From Myxococcota bacterium (GTDB taxonomy: Bacteria > Myxococcota_A > UBA9160 > UBA4427), in NCBI GenBank assembly GCA_965250285.1, contig OZ252299.1, positions 224,001-288,000 of the forward strand: a stretch of DNA of 64,000 nucleotides, read 5' to 3'. Position 1 is the first letter of the stretch. Each line of letters begins with the position of its first letter. Of this stretch, positions 1 to 9,517 are shown piece after piece. A program made the translations under genes and the position numbers. The notes beneath the pieces are model-generated. The model saw only the letters and a list, made by a program, of their open reading frames with translations. It did no database searches and was not told where the DNA came from.

Positions 1-1
1 C

Positions 2-337
2 TTCGTCGGCGGCTTCGCGAAGCCGGCGCTGCGTCGCGCGGCGACGCGGGGCGACGGCTGGATCTCCGACCTGCACACGAAGGCCGAGCTCGAAGAGCTG
101 ATCCCAGAGGTGCTGCGCCAGCGCGCCGAATCGGATCGCGCGGACGATCCGTTCACGGTGCTCGTCTCGTGCAGCGACGTGTGGGATCTCGACGGCTACC
201 GCGCCCTCGAGGATCTCGGTGCGACGCACCTCGTGACGTTTCCCTGGGTGTTCTACGGCGCAGCCGACGACGACATCCAGGCAAAGGCCGACGGCATCCG
301 GCGCTTCGCCGACGACGTCGTGTCGAAGATGAGCTGA
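2..337 (+). CDS. LLM-class (luciferase-like, probably F420-dependent) oxidoreductase, C-terminal part (5' truncated by window edge)
   Basis: Frame open from base 2: FVGGFAKPALRRAATRGDGWISD...IRRFADDVV; the GG-x-x-x-ALRRAA-x-x-GDGW motif is typical of LLM oxidoreductases. Confidence 0.75.
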   Translation, partial: FVGGFAKPALRRAATRGDGWISDLHTKAELEELIPEVLRQRAESDRADDPFTVLVSCSDVWDLDGYRALEDLGATHLVTFPWVFYGAADDDIQAKADGIRRFADDVVSKMS

Positions 338-355
338 ACCCGAGGGCGGCGTACG

Positions 356-1264
356 TCAGCTGCGCAACAGCTCGGGGTTGCGCGCTTCGACCATCCGGCG
401 GATGCCGTCCTTCCACGTCACGGTCGCCGGACCGACGAGGGACTCGAGCCGGCGCGGGTCCGCCACGGCGCTCGGGATCGCCGCCTCGCTCTGCACGAGC
501 TTCGGCTCGAGGCCGGTCAGCTCCCCGAGATAGGCGCACCACGCTTCGATGCTCACCGCCTCGCTGCCCGTCCAGTTGACCGTCGTCGCGGGCAGCGACG
601 CGTGGTCGAGCAGGTCGGGGATCATCCGCAGATAGTCGTCCTCGTGGATCGGGCTGTAGACGCTGGCGGGCTCGGCGCTCACCGGGATCGGCGCACCCGA
701 CTTCATCATCATCAGGTGGAACCAGGGCCAGCCGCCGTTGTCGCCGTACGGAACGCCCAGCCGCGCGATGATCGTCGGCACCTCGAACTCGCGCGCGGCG
801 AAGCGGGCGACGCTCTCGGCGGCGATCTTGGCGATGCTGTACGTGGGCATCATGGGGCGATGGTGGTCGCCGAGTGCATCGTCCTCGGCGCGCGGCGCGT
901 CGCCGGCCGGTGCGTACACCGCGGTCGACGAGCAGTGCAGAAACGCCTTTGCTTCGCGGCAGCGCGCGAAGATGCGACCGACCCCCTCGGCGTTCGCGCG
1001 CAGGTCGTAGGCGAAGTCGCCGGTCTTCACGACCGCGAAGTGCAGCACGACGTCGACGTCGTCGGGGATCGCGCCGAGGTCGTCCTCGCCCATGTCGGCT
1101 GCGACCGGCGTCGCTCCGAGCGACTCGATCTGAGCGCGATCGGCCTCCTTCGAGAAGCGGGCGAGCCCGTATACACGATTCTCGCCCGCGAGATGGGCGA
1201 CGACCGGCAGCCCGACCTGACTGGTCGGGCCGGTGACCAGGATCGTGCGATCGACGAGCTTCAT
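356..1264 (-). CDS. NAD-dependent epimerase/dehydratase (extended SDR)
   Basis: ILVTGPTSQVG Rossmann motif, SSTAVY, YSIAK (YxxxK), YG motif. Confidence 0.8.
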   Translation of the reverse strand: MKLVDRTILVTGPTSQVGLPVVAHLAGENRVYGLARFSKEADRAQIESLGATPVAADMGEDDLGAIPDDVDVVLHFAVVKTGDFAYDLRANAEGVGRIFARCREAKAFLHCSSTAVYAPAGDAPRAEDDALGDHHRPMMPTYSIAKIAAESVARFAAREFEVPTIIARLGVPYGDNGGWPWFHLMMMKSGAPIPVSAEPASVYSPIHEDDYLRMIPDLLDHASLPATTVNWTGSEAVSIEAWCAYLGELTGLEPKLVQSEAAIPSAVADPRRLESLVGPATVTWKDGIRRMVEARNPELLRS

Positions 1265-1297
1265 GGGAGACCTCGGGTTGGGGTCGCGAACGCGACG

Positions 1298-2056
1298 CTA
1301 CGAGAGCGCGCCGCCATCCATGCGGACCAGCTCGCCGTTGATGTGGACACCGTCGTCCGACGCCAGCATCGCGATGACGCCCGCGACCGACTCGGGGCCG
1401 CGCGGCTTGTCGAGCGCGACCGTGCGCAGGATCAGCGAGGTATCGACGTCCTCGGGCAGCCGGGTCGCCTTCGTCATCGGCGTGATGATGTTGCCCGGAC
1501 ACACCGCGTTCGCTCGCACCCCTTGCTTGCCGTACTCGACGGCGAGGGTGTAGGTCAGCGCGAGGACGCCGCCCTTCGACGCCGCGTACGCGGCCGACCA
1601 GGGCAGGCCGCGCAGGGCCGACGTCGACGACGTGTTGACGATGTTGCCGCCCGTCTCGAGCAGGTGCGGCAGCGCGGCCTGGCAGGCGAGGAAGGTGCCG
1701 GTCAGGTTGACGTCGAGCGAGCGCTGCCACTGGGCGAGGTCGACCTCGGCCGTTGGCTGCATGGTCGGCAGGACGCCGGCCACGTTGCACAGCACGTCGA
1801 GGCGACCGAAGCCATCGACGCAGGCGGCGATCGCGGCCTGCACCTGTGCGGTGTCGGATACGTCGCACGCGACGGCGGCGGCTTCGCCGCCGGCCTTCTG
1901 GATGGTCTCGGCCGTCTCTCTGGCCGCGTCGGCCTGGAGGTCGGCGCAAAAGACGCGCCCGCCTTCGGCACCGATGCGCTCGGCCGTCGCGCGGCCGATC
2001 CCCGAAGCCGCGCCCGTCACGAGCACGACACGATCGTCGAAGCGTCGAAGCGTCAC
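1298..2056 (-). CDS. Classical SDR oxidoreductase
   Basis: TGAASGIG, NVAG, YAASK, RANAVCPG, C-terminal DGG. Confidence 0.9.
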   Translation of the reverse strand: MTLRRFDDRVVLVTGAASGIGRATAERIGAEGGRVFCADLQADAARETAETIQKAGGEAAAVACDVSDTAQVQAAIAACVDGFGRLDVLCNVAGVLPTMQPTAEVDLAQWQRSLDVNLTGTFLACQAALPHLLETGGNIVNTSSTSALRGLPWSAAYAASKGGVLALTYTLAVEYGKQGVRANAVCPGNIITPMTKATRLPEDVDTSLILRTVALDKPRGPESVAGVIAMLASDDGVHINGELVRMDGGALS

Positions 2057-2065
2057 GAAACGACC

Positions 2066-2566
2066 TCAGTGGCCCTTCGGCGCTTCGGGGGCGTGCTGCA
2101 TCTTTACCTGCTCGCGCGTGGCGAAGCTGCCTCCTGCGTCGATCCATGCCTTGATCGTCGCGCTCGCCTGGAACGCCGGGTTGTAGACGTCCTCTTCGCT
2201 CTTCCACAGTCCGTCGCCGCCGTAGACCAGGCGCGTGAAGTTCGGGAACTGGAAGGGCGGGCCGTCGGGATCGGTCGGATGGGGCAGCCGGTTCTGACAC
2301 TGAAAGACGACGGCGCCGTTCTCTTCGTCGAACACGACCCAGTCCTGGGGAAAGGTCATGTCGGGAAACGGCGCCATCACCTTGCAGATCCAGTCGGCGA
2401 TCGCGGCCCGGCCGTGCATCTCGCCGTAGGCGTGCTCGATGTAGTGGGCGTCCTCGGTGAAGCGGTTCGCCCAGATGTTCCAGTCGTTCGTGTTCTGACT
2501 TTCGATGCGCGCCTCGTTGTACTTGGCGAACGCTTCTTCGAGCTCCTGACGGGAAACCTTGGCCAT
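2066..2566 (-). CDS. NTF2-like/SnoaL family protein
   Basis: Start reassigned to ATG at 2566 (MAKVSRQE, GGAG upstream); FTEDAHY...GRAAI motif and C-terminal EEDVYN. Confidence 0.75.
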   Translation of the reverse strand: MAKVSRQELEEAFAKYNEARIESQNTNDWNIWANRFTEDAHYIEHAYGEMHGRAAIADWICKVMAPFPDMTFPQDWVVFDEENGAVVFQCQNRLPHPTDPDGPPFQFPNFTRLVYGGDGLWKSEEDVYNPAFQASATIKAWIDAGGSFATREQVKMQHAPEAPKGH

Positions 2567-2738
2567 GGGTGCTCCTGGGGTCGGGGGTGATGGTGCGGCG
2601 GCGTCGGGCCAGGTGGGGCCGAGTCGCGCGCAGCGGCTGATCACGCTAGCAGGGCGCCTCAGGGCCCGCTGCCAGGCTGCCGGACGCGATCGGCCACGTG
2701 GTTGAATCCGGAGATCACAGGTCCCATCCTCTCGGGCG

Positions 2739-4160
2739 ATGAGCCGCTCGATCCTGATCATCGAGGACGAGGATCTGCTGCGCAGCGAGCTCGCCCGGCA
2801 CTACGAGACCGAAGGCTGGGCGGTCGAGCAAGCAGCGAACCTCGTCGAAGCGCGGGCGGCCCTGGCCGCCGACGCGGGCACCGGTCTCGTCGTCGTGAGC
2901 GACATGAACCTCCCCGACGGCAACGCCCTCGATCTGCTCGACGAAGTGCGCGCGCGACCGAGCGGCGCCAGCGAATGGATCTTCCTGACTGGCTACGGAA
3001 CGATTCCCGACTCGGTGCGCGCGCTGCGCCTCGGGGCGTTCGACTTCCTCGAGAAGCCGTGTCCACTCGACCGACTCGACCTCGTCGTCGCCGGCGCTCA
3101 CCGAAGCGTGCGCGCACACCAACGGCTCGAAGACCAGCAGGCCCTGCAGTCGCGCCGCTTCGGCGCCAGCGCGTTCATGGGCACGAGCGAGGCGGCAGAG
3201 CGTGTCCGTGACATGCTCGAGAAGCTCGCCGGTGTCCCGTTCTCTTCGCTGGTCATCGGGGGCGAGACGGGCACCGGCAAAGGTCTCGTCGCGCGCATCC
3301 TGCACTCGACGGGCAGCCGCAGCGCCGGCCCGCTGGTCGAGATCAACTGTGCGGCGCTGCCCGCCGAGCTGCTCGAGTCGGAGCTCTTCGGCCACGAGGC
3401 AGGGGCATTCACGGGCGCGAAGGGGCGCCACCGCGGACTGCTCGAGCAGGCCCACCAGGGCACGGTCTTCCTCGACGAGATCGGTGAGATGGAGGCCCCG
3501 CTCCAGGCCAAGCTCCTGACGGCCATCGAAGACCGGGTGTTTCGCCGGCTCGGAGGCGACAAGACGATCCAGGTCGACATCCAGGTCATCGCGGCGAGCA
3601 ATCAGGATCTGTACCAGGCGGTCGCCGACGGTGGCTTCCGGGAGGATCTGTATCACCGGCTCTCGGTCGTGCAGGTCGAGCTGCCCCCGCTGCGCGACCG
3701 AATCGAAGACCTCGAGGTGCTGGTGCCGGCGTGCCTCGCCGAGTTCAACGCGAAGTCGGGCAAGCGGGTCACCAAGGTGCCCGACGAGGCCTGGCAGCGC
3801 ATGCGCAGTCATCGCTGGCCGGGCAACGTGCGCGAGCTTCGCAACGTGATCGAGCGCTGCGTGCTCTTTGCCGAGGACGAACTGCTGCCGGCCGAGTGGC
3901 TGCAGCTGGGGGACGCCCGGCCGAGCCCGGCCGATGCCGCTGCGGGCGCCGACGGGGATGCGCTGCACCTGCCCCTCGACGGCTCGATGGCCCTCGACGA
4001 CATGGAGAAGTTCATCCTCGAGACGGCGCTCGAGCGGGCGGGGCAGAACGTGGCGCAGGCAGCGCGCTCACTCGGCATGACCCGACAGACGCTGCGCTAT
4101 CGCATCCAGAAGTACGGTCTGCGCGAAGTAGTCGAGGATGGCGAGGCCGAGGCCGACTGA
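2739..4160 (+). CDS. Sigma-54-dependent response regulator (NtrC/AtoC family: REC-AAA+-Fis HTH)
   Basis: REC (IEDE, SDMNLP, KP), Walker A GETGTGKG, GAFTGA, FLDEIGE, WPGNVREL, C-terminal HTH (AARSLGMTRQTLRYRI). Confidence 0.95.
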   Translation: MSRSILIIEDEDLLRSELARHYETEGWAVEQAANLVEARAALAADAGTGLVVVSDMNLPDGNALDLLDEVRARPSGASEWIFLTGYGTIPDSVRALRLGAFDFLEKPCPLDRLDLVVAGAHRSVRAHQRLEDQQALQSRRFGASAFMGTSEAAERVRDMLEKLAGVPFSSLVIGGETGTGKGLVARILHSTGSRSAGPLVEINCAALPAELLESELFGHEAGAFTGAKGRHRGLLEQAHQGTVFLDEIGEMEAPLQAKLLTAIEDRVFRRLGGDKTIQVDIQVIAASNQDLYQAVADGGFREDLYHRLSVVQVELPPLRDRIEDLEVLVPACLAEFNAKSGKRVTKVPDEAWQRMRSHRWPGNVRELRNVIERCVLFAEDELLPAEWLQLGDARPSPADAAAGADGDALHLPLDGSMALDDMEKFILETALERAGQNVAQAARSLGMTRQTLRYRIQKYGLREVVEDGEAEAD

Positions 4161-4219
4161 CGCGTCGGCGCGCACCGCGCTCGCGGCGCGGCGGTGCGAA
4201 CCAGGAGATGCCCCTCTCG

Positions 4220-5647
4220 ATGCTGGCCGAGCGATATCCCTACTGGCTCGGAAACCGCCCAGAGCAGCCGAACGCCGATCTCGAGGTGCTCGACAAGTTC
4301 ACCGGCGAGGTGGCCACGCGGGTCGCCATGGCCGACGCCGATGCGATCGATCGCGCGATCGGACTGGCCACCGAGGCGGCCCGTCCGATGGCCGCCCTCG
4401 CTGCATACGAGCGGCAGGCCGTGCTGCAGCACTGCGTCGATCGATTCACCGAGCGCAGCGAAGAGCTGGCCGAAGCCCTCTGCATCGAGGCGGGCAAGCC
4501 GATCCGCGACAGCCGCGGTGAAGTGTCGCGTCTCGTCGACACGTTTCGCGTCGCCGCCGAAGAGGCGGTGCGGATCGGCGGCGAGGTGATGCCCCTCGAC
4601 ATCGCGGCTCGCGCGAAGGCGTACCGGGGGATGTGGAAGCGCGTTCCGATCGGTCCCTGCTCGTTCATTGCGCCGTTCAACTTTCCCCTGAACCTGGCTG
4701 CGCACAAGGTCGCGCCCGCCATCGCGGCGGGGTGCCCTTTCGTGTTGAAGCCGGCGAGCCTCACGCCGATCGGTGCACTCGTGATCGGCGAGGTGCTCGC
4801 CGAGACCGACCTGCCGGCGGGCGCTTTTTCGATTCTGCCTTGCCGTCGCGACGGCGCGGCGCTCTTCACCGAAGACGAACGTTTGAAGCTGCTCTCGTTC
4901 ACGGGCTCGCCCGAAGTCGGCTGGGATCTCAAGGCCCGGGCCGGGCGCAAGCCCGTCGTCCTCGAGCTGGGCGGCAACGCCGCCTGCGTCGTCGACGCCG
5001 ATGCCGACCTCGACGATGCCGTCGAGCGCATCTGCTTCGGCGCCTTCTACCAGAGCGGCCAGAGCTGCATCGGCGTGCAGCGCATCCTCGTGCACGCCGA
5101 CGTCTACGACGCATTCAGGGCGAAGCTGGTCGAGGCCACGAAGCAGTTGCCCATGGGCGATCCGCGCGACGAAGCGACGTTCATCGGCCCGATGATCAGC
5201 GTCGGCGAAGCCGAGCGCCTCAAGGCGTGGATCGACTCGGCGATCGCCGCCGGCGCGAAGCTGCTCTGCGGAGGCGGACGCGAGGGCACGATGCTCGAAG
5301 CGACGCTGCTCGAAGGGGTCCCGCGCAGCGAGGCCGTCTACTGCGAAGAAGCCTTCGGGCCGGTGGCGGTGCTCGCGCGCTTCGACGACTTCGACGCCGC
5401 CCTCGACGAGATCAACGACTCGAAGTTCGGGCTGCAGGCCGGGCTGTTCACGCGCGATCTCTACAAAGCCCACCGGGCCTGGGACACCCTCGAGGTCGGC
5501 GGGGTCGTGATCGGCGACGTGCCGAGCTGGCGCGTCGACAACATGCCCTACGGCGGTGTGAAGGAGAGCGGCCTCGGCCGCGAGGGCATCCGCTTCGCGA
5601 TCGAAGACATGACCGAGCTGCGACTTTTGGTGGTGCGTACACCATGA
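4220..5647 (+). CDS. Aldehyde dehydrogenase
   Basis: PFNFP, LKPAS, SFTGS, LELGGN, GQSC (catalytic Cys), EEAFGP, PYGGVKESGLGREG; start 4208 or 4220 after AGGAG. Confidence 0.95.
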   Translation: MLAERYPYWLGNRPEQPNADLEVLDKFTGEVATRVAMADADAIDRAIGLATEAARPMAALAAYERQAVLQHCVDRFTERSEELAEALCIEAGKPIRDSRGEVSRLVDTFRVAAEEAVRIGGEVMPLDIAARAKAYRGMWKRVPIGPCSFIAPFNFPLNLAAHKVAPAIAAGCPFVLKPASLTPIGALVIGEVLAETDLPAGAFSILPCRRDGAALFTEDERLKLLSFTGSPEVGWDLKARAGRKPVVLELGGNAACVVDADADLDDAVERICFGAFYQSGQSCIGVQRILVHADVYDAFRAKLVEATKQLPMGDPRDEATFIGPMISVGEAERLKAWIDSAIAAGAKLLCGGGREGTMLEATLLEGVPRSEAVYCEEAFGPVAVLARFDDFDAALDEINDSKFGLQAGLFTRDLYKAHRAWDTLEVGGVVIGDVPSWRVDNMPYGGVKESGLGREGIRFAIEDMTELRLLVVRTP

Positions 5648-6498
5648 GCCTCGACTTCTCGAAGCTCGAAGCGGCTGGCAATGCGTACCTCGTGATCGAC
5701 GGTCGCCGAGCGCCCCGCGACTGGTCGAAGCTCGCGGTTGCGATGGGCGACCCGCACTTCGGCGTCGGCAGCGACGGTCTCGCAATCGCCGAAGCGTCGG
5801 ACGTGGCCGACGTGCGCATGCGCATCTTCAATACCGACGGCAGCGAAGCCGAGATGAGCGGCAACGGCATCCGGCTCTTCGCCAAGTCGGTGCTCGATCG
5901 AGGAATTGCGCGCGTGCGGGACGGGCTGCTGCGCATCGAAACGGGGGGCGGCGTGCGCGATCTCGCGCCGCTGCGCGAGGGGGGCGAGATCGTCGGGGCG
6001 CGCGTCGCCATGGGTCAGCCGATCTTCGAGGCCGCGCGGATCCCGGTGCGGGCCCCCGACGTCGAGCCCCAGGGCATCGTGTTCGATCACCCGCTCGATC
6101 TGGGCGGAGAGGCGCTCGATGTGACGTGCCTGTCGGTCGGCAACCCCCACGCGGTTGCGTGCGTCGATGGGCCGGTCGCCTCGTTCGATCTCGCGCGGCT
6201 CGGCCCGCTCGTGCAGAACCATCCCGCGTTTCCGAACCGCATCAACTTCGAGATCATCGAGGCCGTCGATCGCGGCGCGATCCGCGCGCGCGTCTTCGAG
6301 CGAGGCGAGGGCGAGACCCTCGCCTCGGGCACGGGCAGCACGGCGTCGGTCGTCGCTGCCCGTCTGCACGGCTGGGTCGACGATCGCGTCGAAGTGCGCT
6401 TGCCCGGCGGCTCGCTCGTCGTCGAATGGGACGGCGAAGGCGAAGCCTGGCTCGAAGGCCCGGCGACGCATGTCTTCGACGGGATCTGGCCTGACTGA
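5644..6498 (+). CDS. dapF: Diaminopimelate epimerase-family protein with Ser at both catalytic positions
   Basis: GNAY, GVGSDG, FNTDGSEAEMSGNG, VGNPH, FPNRINFE, ERGEGETLASGTG; ATGA overlap with the ALDH stop. Confidence 0.85.
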   Translation: MSLDFSKLEAAGNAYLVIDGRRAPRDWSKLAVAMGDPHFGVGSDGLAIAEASDVADVRMRIFNTDGSEAEMSGNGIRLFAKSVLDRGIARVRDGLLRIETGGGVRDLAPLREGGEIVGARVAMGQPIFEAARIPVRAPDVEPQGIVFDHPLDLGGEALDVTCLSVGNPHAVACVDGPVASFDLARLGPLVQNHPAFPNRINFEIIEAVDRGAIRARVFERGEGETLASGTGSTASVVAARLHGWVDDRVEVRLPGGSLVVEWDGEGEAWLEGPATHVFDGIWPD

Positions 6499-6505
6499 TT
6501 CGGGC

Positions 6506-6522
6506 GCGGGGCCAGGCCCCGC
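6506..6522. terminator. GC-rich hairpin between convergent genes, possible bidirectional terminator
   Basis: GCGGGGC-CAG-GCCCCGC between the dapF stop (6498) and the 6528 stop; no U-tract. Confidence 0.35.
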
Positions 6523-6527
6523 TCGGG

Positions 6528-7097
6528 TCACGCGCGGCAGCGAACGAACACGATCCGGTCGGCCGACTCGATGCGTGCGGCGACGTGGGTGGTGCCCCGG
6601 CGACCGCTCGCGGTCGCGCAGGTGAGCAGGCCGCTGATCCAGCCGACCAGCGACGGCGAACAAGGTCGGTGCGCCTCGAGTTCGAGCAGGTCACCGGGCA
6701 GCGCCAGGCGAGGGCGTCGCCAATGCCCGAGCCGAATCAGGCGATCGAGTCGCAGGGCGAGGCGCGTCGTGGGCGCCTCTACGAGGGCCGTGATCCGCGG
6801 CACGCTGCGGCGACCGAGCTCACGCAACACGACGGGCATGCGGCCGCCGTGGACGTCGACGATCGCTTCGATGACCCGTTCGGCGACCGCGACCGGGATC
6901 CACTGATCTTCGGTCGGTGGCTCGAAGAGCAGGGCGCGCTCCTTCCCCCGCAGCAGCGCATCGAGCGACACGATGGGCCGCCCGCGTTCGGCGACGAGCT
7001 GGCCGAGCCAGTCGACCGCCGGTGCAACGAGGTCACCGCGCACGTGGTCGCAGGGTGCGGAATGAAGCGAAACCGGGTCGCGGGACGTCGCGCGCAT
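6528..7097 (-). CDS. Hypothetical protein, possible V4R/H-NOX-like (myxobacterial TIGR02265-like) ligand-binding fold
   Basis: Fills the gap between dapF and MMPL; pattern VRG...WIP...LRELGR...GWISGLL; start at 7097 chosen from the upstream promoter motif. Confidence 0.45.
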   Translation of the reverse strand: MRATSRDPVSLHSAPCDHVRGDLVAPAVDWLGQLVAERGRPIVSLDALLRGKERALLFEPPTEDQWIPVAVAERVIEAIVDVHGGRMPVVLRELGRRSVPRITALVEAPTTRLALRLDRLIRLGHWRRPRLALPGDLLELEAHRPCSPSLVGWISGLLTCATASGRRGTTHVAARIESADRIVFVRCRA

Positions 7098-7105
7098 ACC
7101 CTCGT

Positions 7106-7133
7106 GCATCGGCGCGGGCAGCGTGGGGCTTGA
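7106..7133 (-). promoter_or_regulatory. Sigma-28 (FliA)-like promoter
   Basis: Minus strand TCAAG-N15-GCCGATGC; GCCGAT ends 10 nt before the ATG at 7097. Confidence 0.5.
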
Positions 7134-7180
7134 CGGCCGGCTTTGCGGCGCGCGGCCCGAAGGGGGCCGAAGCGGGGCGC

Positions 7181-9517
7181 TCAGTCACTCTGCGCCGCAC
7201 CGCCCGAGCCGAAGCGGGGCGGCGGTTCGGGCAGGCGCAGCAGGAGCGCCGCGAGGAGCGTCACGTCGGCGAGCAGGCAGAGCACCATCACGCTGCCGGT
7301 CAGCCAGCCGAGGTTGCGCGTGATCGCGAACTCTGAGAATGCGAAGAGCCCGAAGGCCGCGGTGAGCATGAGCGTGCTCGCGGTCACCGGCGGCAGCACC
7401 TCGCCCAGACAGCGACGCAGGGCGTCGACGGGGGCGAGGCCCGCGCTTCGCGCGACGACGAACGTGGTCGTCACGTGGATCGTGTCGTCGACCGCGATGC
7501 CGAGGGCGAGGCTCCCCATGACGACGGTGCCGGCGTCGATGGGAATGCCGAGCAGGCCCATGAACCCGAAGATGATCACGAGCGGGATCGCGTTTGGGAC
7601 GAGCGCGACCGCCGCGAGGCGCGGCCAGCGGAAAATCGCGAACAGGATCAGAGAGATCACGGCGAACGCGACCGCGAGGCCGCTCAGCTGGCCGTAGGCG
7701 ATGGCCTCCTGCGCGCGGGCGAACTCGTACATGATGCCGGTGGGCGTCGCGGTCGTGCCCGCGACGCCGTGCTCGCTCCACCAGGTGCGCGCATGGCCCG
7801 CCAGCTCGACGAGCTGTGCCGAGGCGTTGTCGTCGACGCGGAGAATCACGTTCGCCGTCTCTCGACCGGGCGTGATCACGTCGTGGATCATCTCGACCGA
7901 CTCGAGCATCAGCATGTACTGCGCTGCGAGCATGCGGCTGTCGGGCAAGGGCTGACTCGCGTCGTCCAGAAAGCCGCCGTGGATCTGTCGCAGCGGGTCG
8001 GCGACCGAGATCGCCTTGCCGACCTCGATGCGCTGATCGAGGTGCGCCGTCAAGCCGTCGATGGCACGCAGCACGTCGGGCTCGAGCACGGAGCCGCCTG
8101 GCTCGGCCTCGATCACCACGTTCATCGGGCTGATGCCGGAAAGCTCGGCGCGGATGGACTCGTACGCGTCGCGCACGGGATGCCCGATCGGGAGCCAGCG
8201 TGTCGCGTCGGTCTCGACGTCGACCGAGCCGAGCCCGAGCGCGACGAGCCCGGCCACGAGGGCCCAGACCCCGCCCACCCAGGCGGCGCGTCGATCGGCG
8301 AGGCGCGCGAGCGTCGCGGCGACCGGACCGCGCAGGCCGCCGACGAGTCGCGGCGGACGATCGGGCAGCGGGCGCAGGCAGAGCGCGGCCGGGACGAGGG
8401 TGAGCGTCGCGAACGTCACCGTCAGCACGCCGAGCGCGCCGAAAACGCCCGTGGCCCAGACCACCTCGATGCGAACCAGCGTCAGCGCAAGAAAACCGAC
8501 GACGGTCGTGAGGCCCGAGAGGGCGATCGGCAGCGTCACCGGGTCGAGCGCGTCGGCGAGCCCCGCCCGGGCGCGCACGCCACTGGCCGCCGTGAGGACG
8601 TGCATCGCATAAGCGCATCCGAGCGCGAGAATCGTCGACGGCAGCACCATCGTCGAGATCGACAGCGAGGATCCGACCCACCCCATGGCCGAGACGCTCA
8701 CCCACACGCCGGCCAGGCCGGGCAACAGACAGAGCAGCACGGCCAGGGCCGAGCGGAACATCCACAGCAGGAAGCCCCCGATCACGAGGGCGGTCAGCGG
8801 CGCGAACGTGAGGATCTCGCCCCCGGTTCGCTGATTCGCTTCGACCCGAAAGACGGGCACGCCCGACACCCGCGCGCCGATCGGGTCGGCGAGCGCATAG
8901 ACCTGCTCGAGGAGCCGGGCCTGTCGATCGGCCGCATCGGCTTCGAGGATCAGGTTGAGCGCGAAGGTGCGACCGTCGGCCGAGACCAGGCTGTCGGGCA
9001 GGATGCGGTCGCGGCCGGCGAGTCGGCGCGCACGCTCGGTCGCGGTCAGAAGATCGTGGCCGCCCGGATCGAACGCGGGATCGAGATGCAGCGTGCCTTC
9101 GACGTCGACGTCGATGACGGGCAGGCTCGCCACGCTGTCGACGCGGGCGACGCCTTCGAGGGTCTCGAAGCGCTCGCTCAGGTGCGCGACCCGGTCGAGT
9201 GTCTCGGGTGCCCAGGCTGGCTCGGCGGTGAGCGCGACGACGATCAGCTCGTCGCCGCCGAACAGGGTCTGGCTCTCCTGATAGACCGCCCACTCGGCGC
9301 CGCGATGATCGAGCACGCTGTCGGTCGAGGTGTCGACGCGCAGCCAGAGGAGCCCGGGCGAGAGGGCGATCAGAGCGAGCAGCCAGCCGACGATCGTGAC
9401 GGCCGGCCGGCGCATGGCGGCGCGGGTCAGGCCGCGCGGCAGCCGCGAGCGCGCAGCGAGCCAGGGCGGCGCGGCGCCGGGCCGCTCGCCTTCGGCTTCC
9501 GAATGCGCGTCGCTCAC
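7181..9517 (-). CDS. MMPL/RND family exporter
   Basis: Two-repeat TM architecture with two periplasmic loops, FGGDE, GIAVDDTIH; GTG start at 9517 with GGAGG upstream. Confidence 0.9.
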   Translation of the reverse strand: MSDAHSEAEGERPGAAPPWLAARSRLPRGLTRAAMRRPAVTIVGWLLALIALSPGLLWLRVDTSTDSVLDHRGAEWAVYQESQTLFGGDELIVVALTAEPAWAPETLDRVAHLSERFETLEGVARVDSVASLPVIDVDVEGTLHLDPAFDPGGHDLLTATERARRLAGRDRILPDSLVSADGRTFALNLILEADAADRQARLLEQVYALADPIGARVSGVPVFRVEANQRTGGEILTFAPLTALVIGGFLLWMFRSALAVLLCLLPGLAGVWVSVSAMGWVGSSLSISTMVLPSTILALGCAYAMHVLTAASGVRARAGLADALDPVTLPIALSGLTTVVGFLALTLVRIEVVWATGVFGALGVLTVTFATLTLVPAALCLRPLPDRPPRLVGGLRGPVAATLARLADRRAAWVGGVWALVAGLVALGLGSVDVETDATRWLPIGHPVRDAYESIRAELSGISPMNVVIEAEPGGSVLEPDVLRAIDGLTAHLDQRIEVGKAISVADPLRQIHGGFLDDASQPLPDSRMLAAQYMLMLESVEMIHDVITPGRETANVILRVDDNASAQLVELAGHARTWWSEHGVAGTTATPTGIMYEFARAQEAIAYGQLSGLAVAFAVISLILFAIFRWPRLAAVALVPNAIPLVIIFGFMGLLGIPIDAGTVVMGSLALGIAVDDTIHVTTTFVVARSAGLAPVDALRRCLGEVLPPVTASTLMLTAAFGLFAFSEFAITRNLGWLTGSVMVLCLLADVTLLAALLLRLPEPPPRFGSGGAAQSD

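Noticed and set aside
3731..4219. Long N-terminal extensions in the ORF track (ALDH, dapF, DUF3604, xth, DUF2520, SDR 39717, ABM) that look like fusions
   Set aside because: The extensions overlap neighbouring real genes in another frame; internal starts with an RBS or ATGA coupling explain the genes.
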